Positions 42,541-51,444 of a DNA stretch of 64,000 nucleotides are shown here, piece by piece; within the stretch, counting starts at the first letter, position 1; every line of letters starts with the position of its first letter. The stretch is from a virus: IMG/VR virus record IMGVR_UViG_3300031656_000001, one strand, 5' to 3'. A program made the position numbers and the translations under genes. The notes below the pieces were generated by a model. That model was not told the DNA's origin. It did not search any database and saw nothing but the letters and a program-made list of their open reading frames with translations.

Positions 42541-42960
42541 TTATGTTTTTTGTTGTGGTAACCATTCCACGTTAATAAGGTCTCTGACAACAGCCCTGAA
42601 TTCTGCAATGCCCTGTTTATTAAACATAGTATTTGCTTCAACCATTGATTCGCTATCATTTTCTAAAACGCCAATCATCCAACGTGCATTATCTAAGTAT
42701 TCTTCTTTCCATGGTTTAGTACGTTTATCAGTGACTTCAATCGAGCACTGATCATCATACGGTGTACCATCTTCTTGTAAAATACGAGTAGCTTCGAATG
42801 CATAATCATCTGTTTCATAAGTTCTACCATCATATGATGTAACTTCTAGTTCTGCGCTCTCTTGATGATTTATGTTAGCTATTGCTAAACTGATTTGTTC
42901 TAGTTCCTCTAGATTAAATTCAGCTTTATTAATTGCTTTTATTATTTTTAAGTGTTTCAT
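42541..42960 (-). CDS. Hypothetical protein
   Basis: 139 aa ORF. Confidence 0.55.
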   Translation of the reverse strand: MKHLKIIKAINKAEFNLEELEQISLAIANINHQESAELEVTSYDGRTYETDDYAFEATRILQEDGTPYDDQCSIEVTDKRTKPWKEEYLDNARWMIGVLENDSESMVEANTMFNKQGIAEFRAVVRDLINVEWLPQQKT

Positions 42961-42970
42961 AATTTATATT

Positions 42971-43438
42971 TTAAAAATTACCCGGTGCAACTTGCATACA
43001 AGTCAATCCATTATCTCTCCACATCTTAACGACTTTATCTCTGTCATCAAATACACATAAGATATCTGTTTTATCAGGGAACAAATCGTCTAACCATCCT
43101 TGTTTTAACTTGTCATCTGGCATAAATCCGAATTCGTTACCAGTCGGCCTCATTTTAAGTACATCAAATGGTACATCAAATTTATCTAACCAATCTCTAG
43201 TAGCATCTTTAGTCGCTTTACTTCTACCACTAAAAATAACAATTCTATGTCCATCTGCTTTTAACAATTGGGCCATTTTAATTACTGAGTGATTTGGTAC
43301 ATCTAAGCTAATGTTCTTAGGATCAAAGAAAATGTCCCAGTTAATTTTACCATCTGGCTTAGTTGCCAATACTCGTCTTTTATCAATTATTGCTAGAGTT
43401 CCATCTAGATCAAAAATTACTGATTTTTTATTGTTCAT
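42971..43438 (-). CDS. HAD phosphatase resembling the polynucleotide kinase (PseT) 3'-phosphatase domain
   Basis: FDLDGTLA, FSGR, LKMRP..D, FDDRDKVVKMWRDNGL..QVA.GNF. Confidence 0.85.
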   Translation of the reverse strand: MNNKKSVIFDLDGTLAIIDKRRVLATKPDGKINWDIFFDPKNISLDVPNHSVIKMAQLLKADGHRIVIFSGRSKATKDATRDWLDKFDVPFDVLKMRPTGNEFGFMPDDKLKQGWLDDLFPDKTDILCVFDDRDKVVKMWRDNGLTCMQVAPGNF

Positions 43439-43452
43439 TTTTATTTTTTAAA

Positions 43453-43674
43453 TTATTCATCTTCTCCTGTACCGAATGCATCTAACCATTCTTTAGGTGT
43501 AATACCTGAAATTAAAAACTCTCTTTCATCTGAACTTAAATCAGGAAATGTATTTTGTACTAACTCTCCGTTATCGTATTTTACCAATTGCTCAGACGTT
43601 ATATCTAATTCCATGGTATTTGTTTTACCCGACAATTGTGATTGTTTTGTAATTTTCATAGTCTTATAGTTCAA
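43453..43674 (-). CDS. Conserved small phage protein
   Basis: LVQNTFPDLSSDEREFLISGITPKEW motif. Confidence 0.6.
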   Translation of the reverse strand: MNYKTMKITKQSQLSGKTNTMELDITSEQLVKYDNGELVQNTFPDLSSDEREFLISGITPKEWLDAFGTGEDE

Positions 43675-43891
43675 AGTTTTCTTGTAATTCTTTAATTAAC
43701 GTTTTGATCTCTTCTTTATTAAGAGCAATGTGTGTAAAGAATTTACCTTGATCTGTAGTTCTCATTGTTAATTGAACTTTCATACCTTCTTTACCACCAC
43801 TAAATCTTGTTAGTGACATTGTTGTGTTTTCCATTTCATTAGTTCTTTCGCTATGAAATTGTCCTTTTAATGTTTTTAATTCTGTTGACAT
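43664..43891 (-). CDS. Small hypothetical protein (putative early gene)
   Basis: 75 aa, directly downstream of a class I motif. Confidence 0.55.
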   Translation of the reverse strand: MSTELKTLKGQFHSERTNEMENTTMSLTRFSGGKEGMKVQLTMRTTDQGKFFTHIALNKEEIKTLIKELQENFEL

Positions 43892-43915
43892 GACTTTAAG
43901 TTTTTAATTATACTA

Positions 43916-43946
43916 CTAATATACAACTTTTATTTGACATAAAAAA
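43916..43946 (-). promoter_or_regulatory. Class I (early, host-RNAP-like) promoter repeat
   Basis: Minus strand TTTTTTATGTCAAATAAAAGTTGTATATTAG; near-identical copies at 44183, 45205, 49845 and 51445. TATATTAG resembles the Bacteroidota -7 element TAnnTTTG. Confidence 0.65.
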
Positions 43947-43958
43947 GCTTTTATGCGT

Positions 43959-44159
43959 TTATTTTTTTGTGATTGACTGAAAATCGAAGATGTATCCTTT
44001 AAGTGCATTTAACTTTGAGTCAATTTCATCAGAAGTTAAAAAGCCTTTTTCGATTTGAAGATCTGAAAGATTACTTGCAACTCTTGATAATACATCGTTA
44101 GATGTTAATAGATCCGCTGATCTTTCTCCGTACTTTGTGCTAAATGCTTCTTTTGTCAT
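43959..44159 (-). CDS. Small hypothetical protein (putative early gene)
   Basis: 66 aa, between two class I motifs. Confidence 0.55.
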   Translation of the reverse strand: MTKEAFSTKYGERSADLLTSNDVLSRVASNLSDLQIEKGFLTSDEIDSKLNALKGYIFDFQSITKK

Positions 44160-44182
44160 GACTTTATCTTTTAGTTATACTA

Positions 44183-44214
44183 CTAATATACAACAATTTA
44201 TTGATATAAAAAAA
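44183..44214 (-). promoter_or_regulatory. Class I promoter repeat
   Basis: ctaatatacaacaatttattgatataaaaaaa variant copy. Confidence 0.55.
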
Positions 44215-44278
44215 TCCTAGCTAAAAAAGTTACGAACAATTTCACTAGGATTTATAATATTGTAATAATTAGATTTCA

Positions 44279-44512
44279 TTACTGTAATGATTCTATCTTT
44301 AAATTAAGTGTCGTTTCTAATTCTAGTTGACTTGTCTTTAAATAATCTGACTGTATTTCGTTTGCACATGATATTGTGCTATTGAATCTTTTCAAGTTTT
44401 TAATATATTCTTTTGCACCTCTAAGTTGTATTAGATTTGTACATGATGAAATCACTCTGCCAGCTTTCTTGTAATTATCAAAAATCGATGATGTGTTTTC
44501 TTTGAAGTCCAT
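44279..44512 (-). CDS. Hypothetical protein
   Basis: 77 aa ORF. Confidence 0.55.
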   Translation of the reverse strand: MDFKENTSSIFDNYKKAGRVISSCTNLIQLRGAKEYIKNLKRFNSTISCANEIQSDYLKTSQLELETTLNLKIESLQ

Positions 44513-44513
44513 A

Positions 44514-44966
44514 TTAATTAACGTTTAAATATTTAAGTACACTTTCCCAGTTTGGATGTGCTTCAGTACCGAATTGAATAAGTTCACCTTTAAATTCACC
44601 TGCACCGTTTGCTGTTCTATCATCAATTAGATATTCTCCAATCATAAGATTTTTGTGGTGGCTTGTGATTAAACGCTTGTAAGCAGGTTTACCTAAATAC
44701 TTTTGTACCCATTGTTTTTTTGCTTTGACAGCGCCGATGCTCTTCCAAGGTGCAGAGGTTAATAGATATACATCAAACACCTTAACTAATTTATTGAAAG
44801 CTTCAATTGCACCGGGCATCGGTACAGCTTCATAAAATAATTCAGGATCTTCATCCAACAAATCACCAATACTTGAAACTGATTCAGGTCCATATTTATC
44901 GGTACATGCTTTGAATATGTCTACGAGGACACCATCCATATCTAAGTACATTATCTTTTTTGCCAT
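44514..44966 (-). CDS. 5'(3')-deoxyribonucleotidase (NT5C family HAD)
   Basis: YLDMDGVLVD, PMPGAIEA, KKQWV, HKNL..GEYLIDDR; probable start MAKKI at 44966. Confidence 0.88.
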   Translation of the reverse strand: MAKKIMYLDMDGVLVDIFKACTDKYGPESVSSIGDLLDEDPELFYEAVPMPGAIEAFNKLVKVFDVYLLTSAPWKSIGAVKAKKQWVQKYLGKPAYKRLITSHHKNLMIGEYLIDDRTANGAGEFKGELIQFGTEAHPNWESVLKYLNVN

Positions 44967-44967
44967 A

Positions 44968-45177
44968 TTATTTTGTAGTTTTTGAGTTTGATGATTTAAA
45001 AAGAACTGAAGATAAGACATTAATACCTAATGCTTGCCAAAATCCTATTGAGTTTACACCGTCAATTGCCGATACTAAACAGTTATTCCAAAGCCACTGT
45101 GTTGGCCAAGCCATAAATACTGCTAGTATTGTAATACCTAAAATTCCTAGTGCGAATGCTGCGAATGTTTCTTTCAT
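44968..45177 (-). CDS. Small membrane protein
   Basis: WLWN...IGFWQALG motif; two hydrophobic segments. Confidence 0.6.
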   Translation of the reverse strand: MKETFAAFALGILGITILAVFMAWPTQWLWNNCLVSAIDGVNSIGFWQALGINVLSSVLFKSSNSKTTK

Positions 45178-45204
45178 AATTATTGTTTTGTTTTTATTAT
45201 ACTG

Positions 45205-45236
45205 CTAATATACAACTTTTATTTGACATAAAAAAA
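45205..45236 (-). promoter_or_regulatory. Class I promoter repeat
   Basis: ctaatatacaacttttatttgacataaaaaa, identical core to the 43916 copy. Confidence 0.65.
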
Positions 45237-45249
45237 TATTTGCGGACTT

Positions 45250-45495
45250 TTATTCCACAAATATGTATTTTTTTATTTTATATTTCTTCATCCATGATTC
45301 AATGAAAGATAAACCCACGCCAAGTTCTATGATTTCGTGCTTATGATCAATGAGCGGTTTAGTAGCTCTACCATTATTTACGATATCAACATGTTTTAGT
45401 GTAACTAGCATGTAATGTGTTTTACTTCTAAGATTCTTTTTATAAACAGCTACAGTAACCGGTTTATCAAATGCTTTTATTTTCTTTATTTCCAT
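45250..45495 (-). CDS. Hypothetical protein
   Basis: 81 aa ORF. Confidence 0.5.
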   Translation of the reverse strand: MEIKKIKAFDKPVTVAVYKKNLRSKTHYMLVTLKHVDIVNNGRATKPLIDHKHEIIELGVGLSFIESWMKKYKIKKYIFVE

Positions 45496-45830
45496 AATAG
45501 TTGTACTAATATCAATGCTGTTGCTAATCCTAGTGAAACAAATGTTTTCATATTAACACCTTCGCCCATAAAATACCATGTAAGAAATGCAAAGGATGTA
45601 ATGCCCATTGAAAATCCTATAAATCTACCTGGCCAAATTGCTCCATCATAATATATTGCAATATATGCAGTAGCTCTAATAAACATATAACTAATAATAG
45701 TTCCTCCAACAGCTGCAATCAATAATGGATTTCTTTTTGCCCATGGATATAGAAATTGGCTATTTGTTTGAAACCAAATAAGTGTTTGTCCTGTCAAGAA
45801 CAATAACATTCCAGTAATTAATCCTCTCAA
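45486..45830 (-). CDS. Four-TM small membrane protein (DMT/SMR-like)
   Basis: 114 aa with four hydrophobic helices. Confidence 0.55.
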   Translation of the reverse strand: MRGLITGMLLFLTGQTLIWFQTNSQFLYPWAKRNPLLIAAVGGTIISYMFIRATAYIAIYYDGAIWPGRFIGFSMGITSFAFLTWYFMGEGVNMKTFVSLGLATALILVQLLWK

Positions 45831-46459
45831 AACAACGTACTGGTTTTAGTTAGCATGTGGCTTATGAAAGAATACCTGTGGTGTTTAGTTGTACCCGCTT
45901 CAACGATAGCATCTCTATGTTGTTTAGTACCATATCCTTTATTTGATCCCCAACCATATGCTTCATTTTCTTTACTAAGAGATTTCATAAGAAGATCTCT
46001 TTCAGTTTTTGCAAGAATTGAAGCTGCTGCAATATTAGTGTATATGTTATCTCCACCAACTACTGTTTCAAAGGGAACACCATCATATCCATGGAATTGA
46101 TCTCCATCTACTAATATGAAATCAAACTTATGGGTTTTAGAAACTTCATCTAAGCAAAGTTTCATACCATGTAATGTGGCTTTTAAAATGTTTGTGTTTT
46201 CTATTTCTTCAACAGGAATATGGACAACTGACCATGCGAGTGCATTTTCCAGTACCATTTTGCGAGCTTCAGCTCTCATAGGTTCAGATAATAATTTACT
46301 ATCCTTAATAAGTTCGTGTTGAAAACCAAAGGGCATGATACATGCCGCTACAGTTACTGGTCCTGCGAGTGCGCCTCGGCCAGCTTCATCTAGTCCAATT
46401 TCGGTAATACTAGGATTACCGCTATGACTGTGTTTTAATAAAATGTGAATTGGATTCAT
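45827..46459 (-). CDS. rnhB: Ribonuclease HII
   Basis: GLDEAGRGALAGPV, DSK, LVDG, IAAASILAK and NKGYGT motifs. Confidence 0.93.
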   Translation of the reverse strand: MNPIHILLKHSHSGNPSITEIGLDEAGRGALAGPVTVAACIMPFGFQHELIKDSKLLSEPMRAEARKMVLENALAWSVVHIPVEEIENTNILKATLHGMKLCLDEVSKTHKFDFILVDGDQFHGYDGVPFETVVGGDNIYTNIAAASILAKTERDLLMKSLSKENEAYGWGSNKGYGTKQHRDAIVEAGTTKHHRYSFISHMLTKTSTLF

Positions 46460-46494
46460 GTATTTCTAATTTAATAGTTATACATGAATCCAAT
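46449..46494 (-). promoter_or_regulatory. 14-bp perfect inverted repeat covering the rnhB start codon, overlapping a class II promoter (46477-46503)
   Basis: attggattcatgta (46449-46462) / tacatgaatccaat (46481-46494). Confidence 0.6.
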
Positions 46495-46503
46495 GAATTG
46501 TTT

Positions 46504-47202
46504 CTAAAATTTAGATTCGTTTTCAGATTTCCATACGTCATATCTTTCTACAACTTCTTGTAAAATCTTAGCACGTACAATATCTTTGTTACCGAATATG
46601 TGTACACCTACGCCTTTAACACCATCTAATATACCTATAAAATTAGGTAAACTAACATGCTTTCTAGTAATATCGTGTTGGCTTACATCTCCTGTGATTA
46701 ATACCTTACTATCTCTACCCATTCTTGTTGTGAATAACATAAGTTGTTTAAACGATGCATTTTGTGCTTCATCTAAAATCATTAATGAGTTGTCAAATGT
46801 ATCACCTCTCATATATGCTAATGGTTCAAATCTAATTGTTTTACTATCGAATAAAAGTTTTGCTTGAGTAACTCCGATAATTTTAGTAATATTGGAAATA
46901 TATGAATTCATATATGGATCCATCTTTTCTTCCTTAGTTCCTGGTAAAAAACCTAATTTCTCACCAGCTTCTTGTATTGGTTTACAAAGAATGATTTCTT
47001 TGATCTTTTTTTGTTGTAATAATTTAAGTGCTACGAAACATGCTGTAAATGTTTTAGAAGTTCCTGCTGGTCCATAACAAAATGTTATTTCGTTTTCTTC
47101 TATTTGTCTTACATATTGTTGTTGGGATTGTCTAAGAGTAACTCGCTTTAAGCTAGTTTCAATTGTACCCGCCTTTTCTTTTCTTCCGTTTCCTTTTGTC
47201 AT
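46504..47202 (-). CDS. phoH: PhoH-family ATPase
   Basis: GPAGTSKT, LGFLPG, PLAYMRGDT, ILDEAQN and GDVSQHD motifs. Confidence 0.93.
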   Translation of the reverse strand: MTKGNGRKEKAGTIETSLKRVTLRQSQQQYVRQIEENEITFCYGPAGTSKTFTACFVALKLLQQKKIKEIILCKPIQEAGEKLGFLPGTKEEKMDPYMNSYISNITKIIGVTQAKLLFDSKTIRFEPLAYMRGDTFDNSLMILDEAQNASFKQLMLFTTRMGRDSKVLITGDVSQHDITRKHVSLPNFIGILDGVKGVGVHIFGNKDIVRAKILQEVVERYDVWKSENESKF

Positions 47203-47229
47203 ATATTATAAATTTAAGTTATACTGTGT

Positions 47230-47490
47230 TTAGTCACCTGCCATTATGACAAGTTCTTTTAGCTTCATTAACTTTGTACATTTCTCGTATTCTTCTAGCG
47301 ATTCAAAATACTTAACCATTAGGTCAATAAATTTACTGCGCTGTTTAATACCATGAGGTATCTCAACGATACGATCACTGTCTTTAAATGCTATGAAGCG
47401 ATTTACTGTTTTGGTGAAGTTTCTAGTTATTTGATAATAACTAGCTCTCATCAAGCTATCTTTGTCTGAGTTGGAAATAAACCCTGCCAT
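47230..47490 (-). CDS. Small protein with C-terminal UVR-like motif
   Basis: YFESLEEYEKCTKL. Confidence 0.55.
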   Translation of the reverse strand: MAGFISNSDKDSLMRASYYQITRNFTKTVNRFIAFKDSDRIVEIPHGIKQRSKFIDLMVKYFESLEEYEKCTKLMKLKELVIMAGD

Positions 47491-47620
47491 CTTAATATTG
47501 GTATATTTTGGGGAACTTGTAGTTTAATACTACTCGTTCTCATTTGTATATATTAATTAAAATATTTATCTAAATCACAATTTTAAGTATGTAATATTAG
47601 GATATTTTATTAATATGTTA

Positions 47621-47803
47621 TTAAGAATGTTCTTTGGTTTGTAAATATTTAGCCTTTTGATGCTTTAGGCGATTTTTAGCCGATGGCTTGATAAAATTCT
47701 TTAGTTCTCTTAGTTTTTTTAATTGTTTAGTTTTAATAACTTTTCTTTTATATTGCTTTAATGCTTTGTCTATATTACCTTTATTAACTTCAATTATTAA
47801 CAT
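47621..47803 (-). CDS. rpsU: 30S ribosomal protein bS21 (phage-encoded)
   Basis: MLIIEV..NIDKALKQYKRKV.KT....LR....FIKPS...R....KAKYLQ closely follows the Flavobacterium-type bS21 pattern. Confidence 0.88.
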   Translation of the reverse strand: MLIIEVNKGNIDKALKQYKRKVIKTKQLKKLRELKNFIKPSAKNRLKHQKAKYLQTKEHS

Positions 47804-48063
47804 ACGAGTTTTATTTGTTTTTTTATATTTAAAATTTTAGTACACTTTTCGAATTCTTCTTTGGTTTCGAAATAATCTAACATTGCGCCTAATATTACGT
47901 TTTTGCGATCAGTTGCTAAGTCAGATGCTATTACATATGTAGGGTGACTTGTCATTGCCATATATAACGCATTAAAAAATAAGTCTTCATCATTAACTAT
48001 AATTCCATCGATTATAGGAAACCATGGTTTATCATTAATATCACTGGAGAAATAGTCTTTCAT
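47797..48063 (-). CDS. Small protein with C-terminal UVR-like motif
   Basis: MLDYFETKEEFEKCTKI. Confidence 0.55.
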   Translation of the reverse strand: MKDYFSSDINDKPWFPIIDGIIVNDEDLFFNALYMAMTSHPTYVIASDLATDRKNVILGAMLDYFETKEEFEKCTKILNIKKQIKLVC

Positions 48064-48854
48064 ATTGTGTTCTTTACTTTCTCTATATATTCCAGTTGTT
48101 CGTCATTAAGTTCAGAATATCTAGAATTTAATTTGCATAAAAGAGCACCTTTTTTACCAGTACCATATATTGGATAGCCTCTATCTTTAATTCTAAGTGA
48201 TTTACCAGGGTAACTGTTTTTAGGAATGTTAATAGAGATCTCACCATCCGGTGTATTTACATTCACTTTAGTTCCTAAGAATATATCATACCAATCCATA
48301 TTCAATTCTATCCAAATATCATTGTCTTGTAAAATCCATTCTGAATTATGAATGACATGTACATTTATGATTAGATCGCCATTAGGAAGAGTGCTATTAT
48401 ATTGATGAGGTTGACCTTTACCAGGAACTCTTAGCTTCATGCCTGTTTTTAGACCAGGTTTAAAATCTATTTTAATCTCTTGGCCATTAATAGGAAATTG
48501 TTTTGAGGTACCAGAATACGCTTCGTCGAAACTGATATGTAAATCTAATCGAACGTCTAATCCTTTAGGTGCTCGTTGTGGGTTGAAAGCATTGCCGAAA
48601 ACTTGATCAAACATGTCTGCCATATTAAAATTGGCATCAAATCCTGAGAAGTTCTGATAATTACCGACGTTGTCATATTCTTCCCTAGAAGACTCGGATC
48701 CTATCTTTTCATATGCTTCAGCAATCTCTTTGAATTTAGCATCAGCGCCATCGTTCTTATCTGGATGATGCTCCTTAGCTAGTTTACGGTACGCTTTCTT
48801 TATATCGTTTTGAGTAGAACTTTTATCTACACCTAATACGTTATACGGATCCAT
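48060..48854 (-). CDS. dnaJ: DnaJ/CbpA-type co-chaperone (no zinc finger)
   Basis: J domain with HHPDKN, G/F region and DnaJ C-terminal domain. Confidence 0.88.
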   Translation of the reverse strand: MDPYNVLGVDKSSTQNDIKKAYRKLAKEHHPDKNDGADAKFKEIAEAYEKIGSESSREEYDNVGNYQNFSGFDANFNMADMFDQVFGNAFNPQRAPKGLDVRLDLHISFDEAYSGTSKQFPINGQEIKIDFKPGLKTGMKLRVPGKGQPHQYNSTLPNGDLIINVHVIHNSEWILQDNDIWIELNMDWYDIFLGTKVNVNTPDGEISINIPKNSYPGKSLRIKDRGYPIYGTGKKGALLCKLNSRYSELNDEQLEYIEKVKNTI

Positions 48855-48860
48855 AAAAAT

Positions 48861-49067
48861 TTAGTCTAAGTTGGGTGAAACGTGTGTTACTTTTTCTGGA
48901 TCTATAGATACCTTTTCTCTAAGATCAGCTCTAAGATTCTTTTCTTGTAGTTTTTCTAAAACAGCAGTTCTTTTTTCAGCAACTTCGCTATTCTTATTAG
49001 ATTTTTCTAGAGCATCTGCTATTCTTTTTAATTGAACAACTAACTCTTTTGTAATTTTATCTTCCAT
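48861..49067 (-). CDS. Small coiled-coil protein
   Basis: 68 aa; LKRIADALEK. Confidence 0.5.
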   Translation of the reverse strand: MEDKITKELVVQLKRIADALEKSNKNSEVAEKRTAVLEKLQEKNLRADLREKVSIDPEKVTHVSPNLD

Positions 49068-49821
49068 GTCTATTCTTTACTAAGTCTGACTCACCGTTTT
49101 GAAAATCTTGGTAAGGCAATGATTTATCTTTTTGGCCAGCGTGTGGGCCGTTTACCATTATAGTGTCTTTATACGGATTTGTTTCACCGTCTAGGCCCTG
49201 TTCTTTTAGTTTACGACTCAACCAAGAATGCATATCTTCTAACTTTCCGTTAAAGTGTCTGATTCTTTCTAGATCTGAATTCTCACTAGCAAAATCCTCA
49301 TACAATTTAATGTACTTCATTTTGTTTTGGTGGGATTCTTTAATATTTAATACGGATTTGATAGCATCTATGAATACTGATTCTGGTACTCTATGTCCAC
49401 CATTGTATTTTGTGTGATAAAAACTACCTGAACCGATGTGCCCAAAGTATCTCATTACTTGTTCACCATTTATAACAGTATCGCTTTTCCCTAGGTATAC
49501 ATTGTGAGTAGTACCGAAATTTAATCTTGTATCATCTACTACGGGGTCAAACGTCCTATCAACAACTGCTGGGTTAAATAGAAGAGTTTCTATTCCAAGC
49601 TTACTCCCAATCAAATACGCAACATATCCACCCATAGATGATCCTACGATTAAATCTGGTTTTAGTTGTTTAATTGATGAATATAATTTATCAAATGTTT
49701 TTTTATTTCTATATGCAATTGATGGAGCAAATACTTCATCAAACGTTTCTCTTAAGAATATGATCTTAGGGTCTTTTTCGTCTATGCTAGATTCTAAACC
49801 GTGTAAATATGCTATCTTCAT
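49057..49821 (-). CDS. YqiA-like alpha/beta hydrolase with C-terminal extension starting with the shared leader
   Basis: YLHGLES, VGSSMGG, FNPA, D and H triad residues; internal MKYIKLYEDFASE at 49320. Confidence 0.75.
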   Translation of the reverse strand: MKIAYLHGLESSIDEKDPKIIFLRETFDEVFAPSIAYRNKKTFDKLYSSIKQLKPDLIVGSSMGGYVAYLIGSKLGIETLLFNPAVVDRTFDPVVDDTRLNFGTTHNVYLGKSDTVINGEQVMRYFGHIGSGSFYHTKYNGGHRVPESVFIDAIKSVLNIKESHQNKMKYIKLYEDFASENSDLERIRHFNGKLEDMHSWLSRKLKEQGLDGETNPYKDTIMVNGPHAGQKDKSLPYQDFQNGESDLVKNRHGR

Positions 49822-49844
49822 TTCTAATCTTTATTATTATAATA

Positions 49845-49876
49845 CTAATGTACAACTAATGTTTGACATAAAAAAA
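49845..49876 (-). promoter_or_regulatory. Class I promoter repeat
   Basis: ctaatgtacaactaatgtttgacataaaaaaa variant copy. Confidence 0.55.
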
Positions 49877-49892
49877 CATTTGCTGAATTAGT

Positions 49893-50486
49893 TTAAACTT
49901 TAGGTCTACCTATAAGTACTTTATTGTGATATGATCCTCCTAGTTTTCTAGAATACCAACCATTTCCTAATTCACCTTCTATATTTCCTAACCACTCAAT
50001 CTTTTTGCCTAGAACCTTTTCCACTGCAGCATGATCTGAAACAACTGGCACATTATATTTACCAATTAAAATGTCTGCGATTTTACCAGAAACTTCTATA
50101 TAGAATCCTGGTCTATTAAGATCCCTGCCTCTTGCTGTTATATAAGCTCTCTTTGCAGGTTTTGATCCATCGTGACCAACTCCAGAATACTTAACTCCGA
50201 ATTTAGTTTTCTTTCCAAACATTACCATATCAAAATCTTCATCTCCGTGTATGTCTAATCCTTCCCAGTAATTCCAATCAGGATCTGCGAATACATCATC
50301 TGGTGATTTGATTTTTGCATGTCCTCCGATTTCTGCATATGCAGTTGCTATTAAGTCATAGAATTCTCCAGACAATTCAGGATGTTTCGTATGATCAAAC
50401 TTTGTAATCTTACCTCTTTTAGGATTAAAGAGTTCACCACTTGATTTCTCATTGGTAAATTCTTCAAATAATTTAATGTGTTTCAT
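49893..50486 (-). CDS. Putative internal head protein with shared leader
   Basis: MKHIKLFEEFTNE leader; late-type motif at 50488-50498. Confidence 0.6.
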   Translation of the reverse strand: MKHIKLFEEFTNEKSSGELFNPKRGKITKFDHTKHPELSGEFYDLIATAYAEIGGHAKIKSPDDVFADPDWNYWEGLDIHGDEDFDMVMFGKKTKFGVKYSGVGHDGSKPAKRAYITARGRDLNRPGFYIEVSGKIADILIGKYNVPVVSDHAAVEKVLGKKIEWLGNIEGELGNGWYSRKLGGSYHNKVLIGRPKV

Positions 50487-50501
50487 ATATTATATATCTA
50501 A

Positions 50502-51041
50502 TTAAAGATCGCTATGCGATTTTAGGTTATTTTCTTTCTTAATCTCTAGTTTTAATCTCTTAAGTGAATACAGAAACCCATGTATCGCTAAACAAAGTAA
50601 TGCAATTACCTCATACCAAAAGAGTGTTATTATTGGTATTAAAGCTGCACAAAATATTATTGGAATTCCAATATATCTGTATCGTTTATCATTAACAATA
50701 CTATACGTTGCAGATAAAAAGAATCCGTATGCAAACAAATTGTGTAATATCATATATTCATGTGTGTCGAATATTGCGACACCAATCAAAAATAAACCAG
50801 TAATTATATTTTCACTTAATATAAAACTTAAAGATATTATTAATAGGCTATATGTTAATATGTCCGTGGCGGCAGTGCCGTGATACGAGCTGAATGAGTG
50901 TTCCATTGTACCTGTTTTAAGATACAACGCCAATGGTAATAAAACCGTCAGTGAAGAACATATTAAATTGAATAATAGACCTAGTTTTTTCACCTTTTTG
51001 AATCTGTTTTTTTGTTTATCTATCGGCTTTATATTTATCAA
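50502..51041 (-). CDS. Multi-pass membrane protein
   Basis: About six hydrophobic helices; SFSSYH and LHNLFA motifs. Confidence 0.6.
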   Translation of the reverse strand: MINIKPIDKQKNRFKKVKKLGLLFNLICSSLTVLLPLALYLKTGTMEHSFSSYHGTAATDILTYSLLIISLSFILSENIITGLFLIGVAIFDTHEYMILHNLFAYGFFLSATYSIVNDKRYRYIGIPIIFCAALIPIITLFWYEVIALLCLAIHGFLYSLKRLKLEIKKENNLKSHSDL

Positions 51042-51042
51042 T

Positions 51043-51071
51043 AAAAAAGCCCATACGTTTCCATATGGGCT
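51043..51071 (-). terminator. Intrinsic terminator
   Basis: AGCCCATA..TATGGGCT stem plus T-tract on the minus strand. Confidence 0.75.
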
Positions 51072-51097
51072 AATTAATTTTCACTAATTTGTAATAT

Positions 51098-51427
51098 TTA
51101 AATTCTTTCTGTAGATCTGTTTTTTTCAATACTATAAATGATCATAAGCTGATCTCGTATCACTGTACATTTTTCATATTCTTCTAACTCTATGAAGTAG
51201 TCCAACATGGTATCGAACGTTTTCTTGAGATCGGTAAGTTTATCATCATCTAACATTCTAAGATGCCACGCACTGATACCGTTTATGGATATTTGATCAT
51301 AATTAGATTCTATCGCCATGGATATCATCCTTTCTTTGTGCTCTTCTAATTTAATTTTAAAATTAGAATCACTATTTTCCATGAACTCATCAAAGTCAAA
51401 GTCTTCATCGTCGTTTGTATATTCCAT
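51098..51427 (-). CDS. Acidic protein with C-terminal UVR-like motif
   Basis: MLDYFIELEEYEKCTVIRDQL. Confidence 0.6.
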   Translation of the reverse strand: MEYTNDDEDFDFDEFMENSDSNFKIKLEEHKERMISMAIESNYDQISINGISAWHLRMLDDDKLTDLKKTFDTMLDYFIELEEYEKCTVIRDQLMIIYSIEKNRSTERI

Positions 51428-51444
51428 ATCTTTTATTTATTCTA

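Noticed and set aside
47214-47245. Class II promoter upstream of phoH
   Set aside because: TATAAC is present, but there is no AAAC at the 17-nt spacing, so it was not counted.
47491-47620. tRNA or structured ncRNA in the larger intergenic gaps (also 44215-44278 and 52306-52428)
   Set aside because: Very AT-rich with no cloverleaf or T-loop motif visible; only a weak long-loop inverted repeat at 44212-44253.
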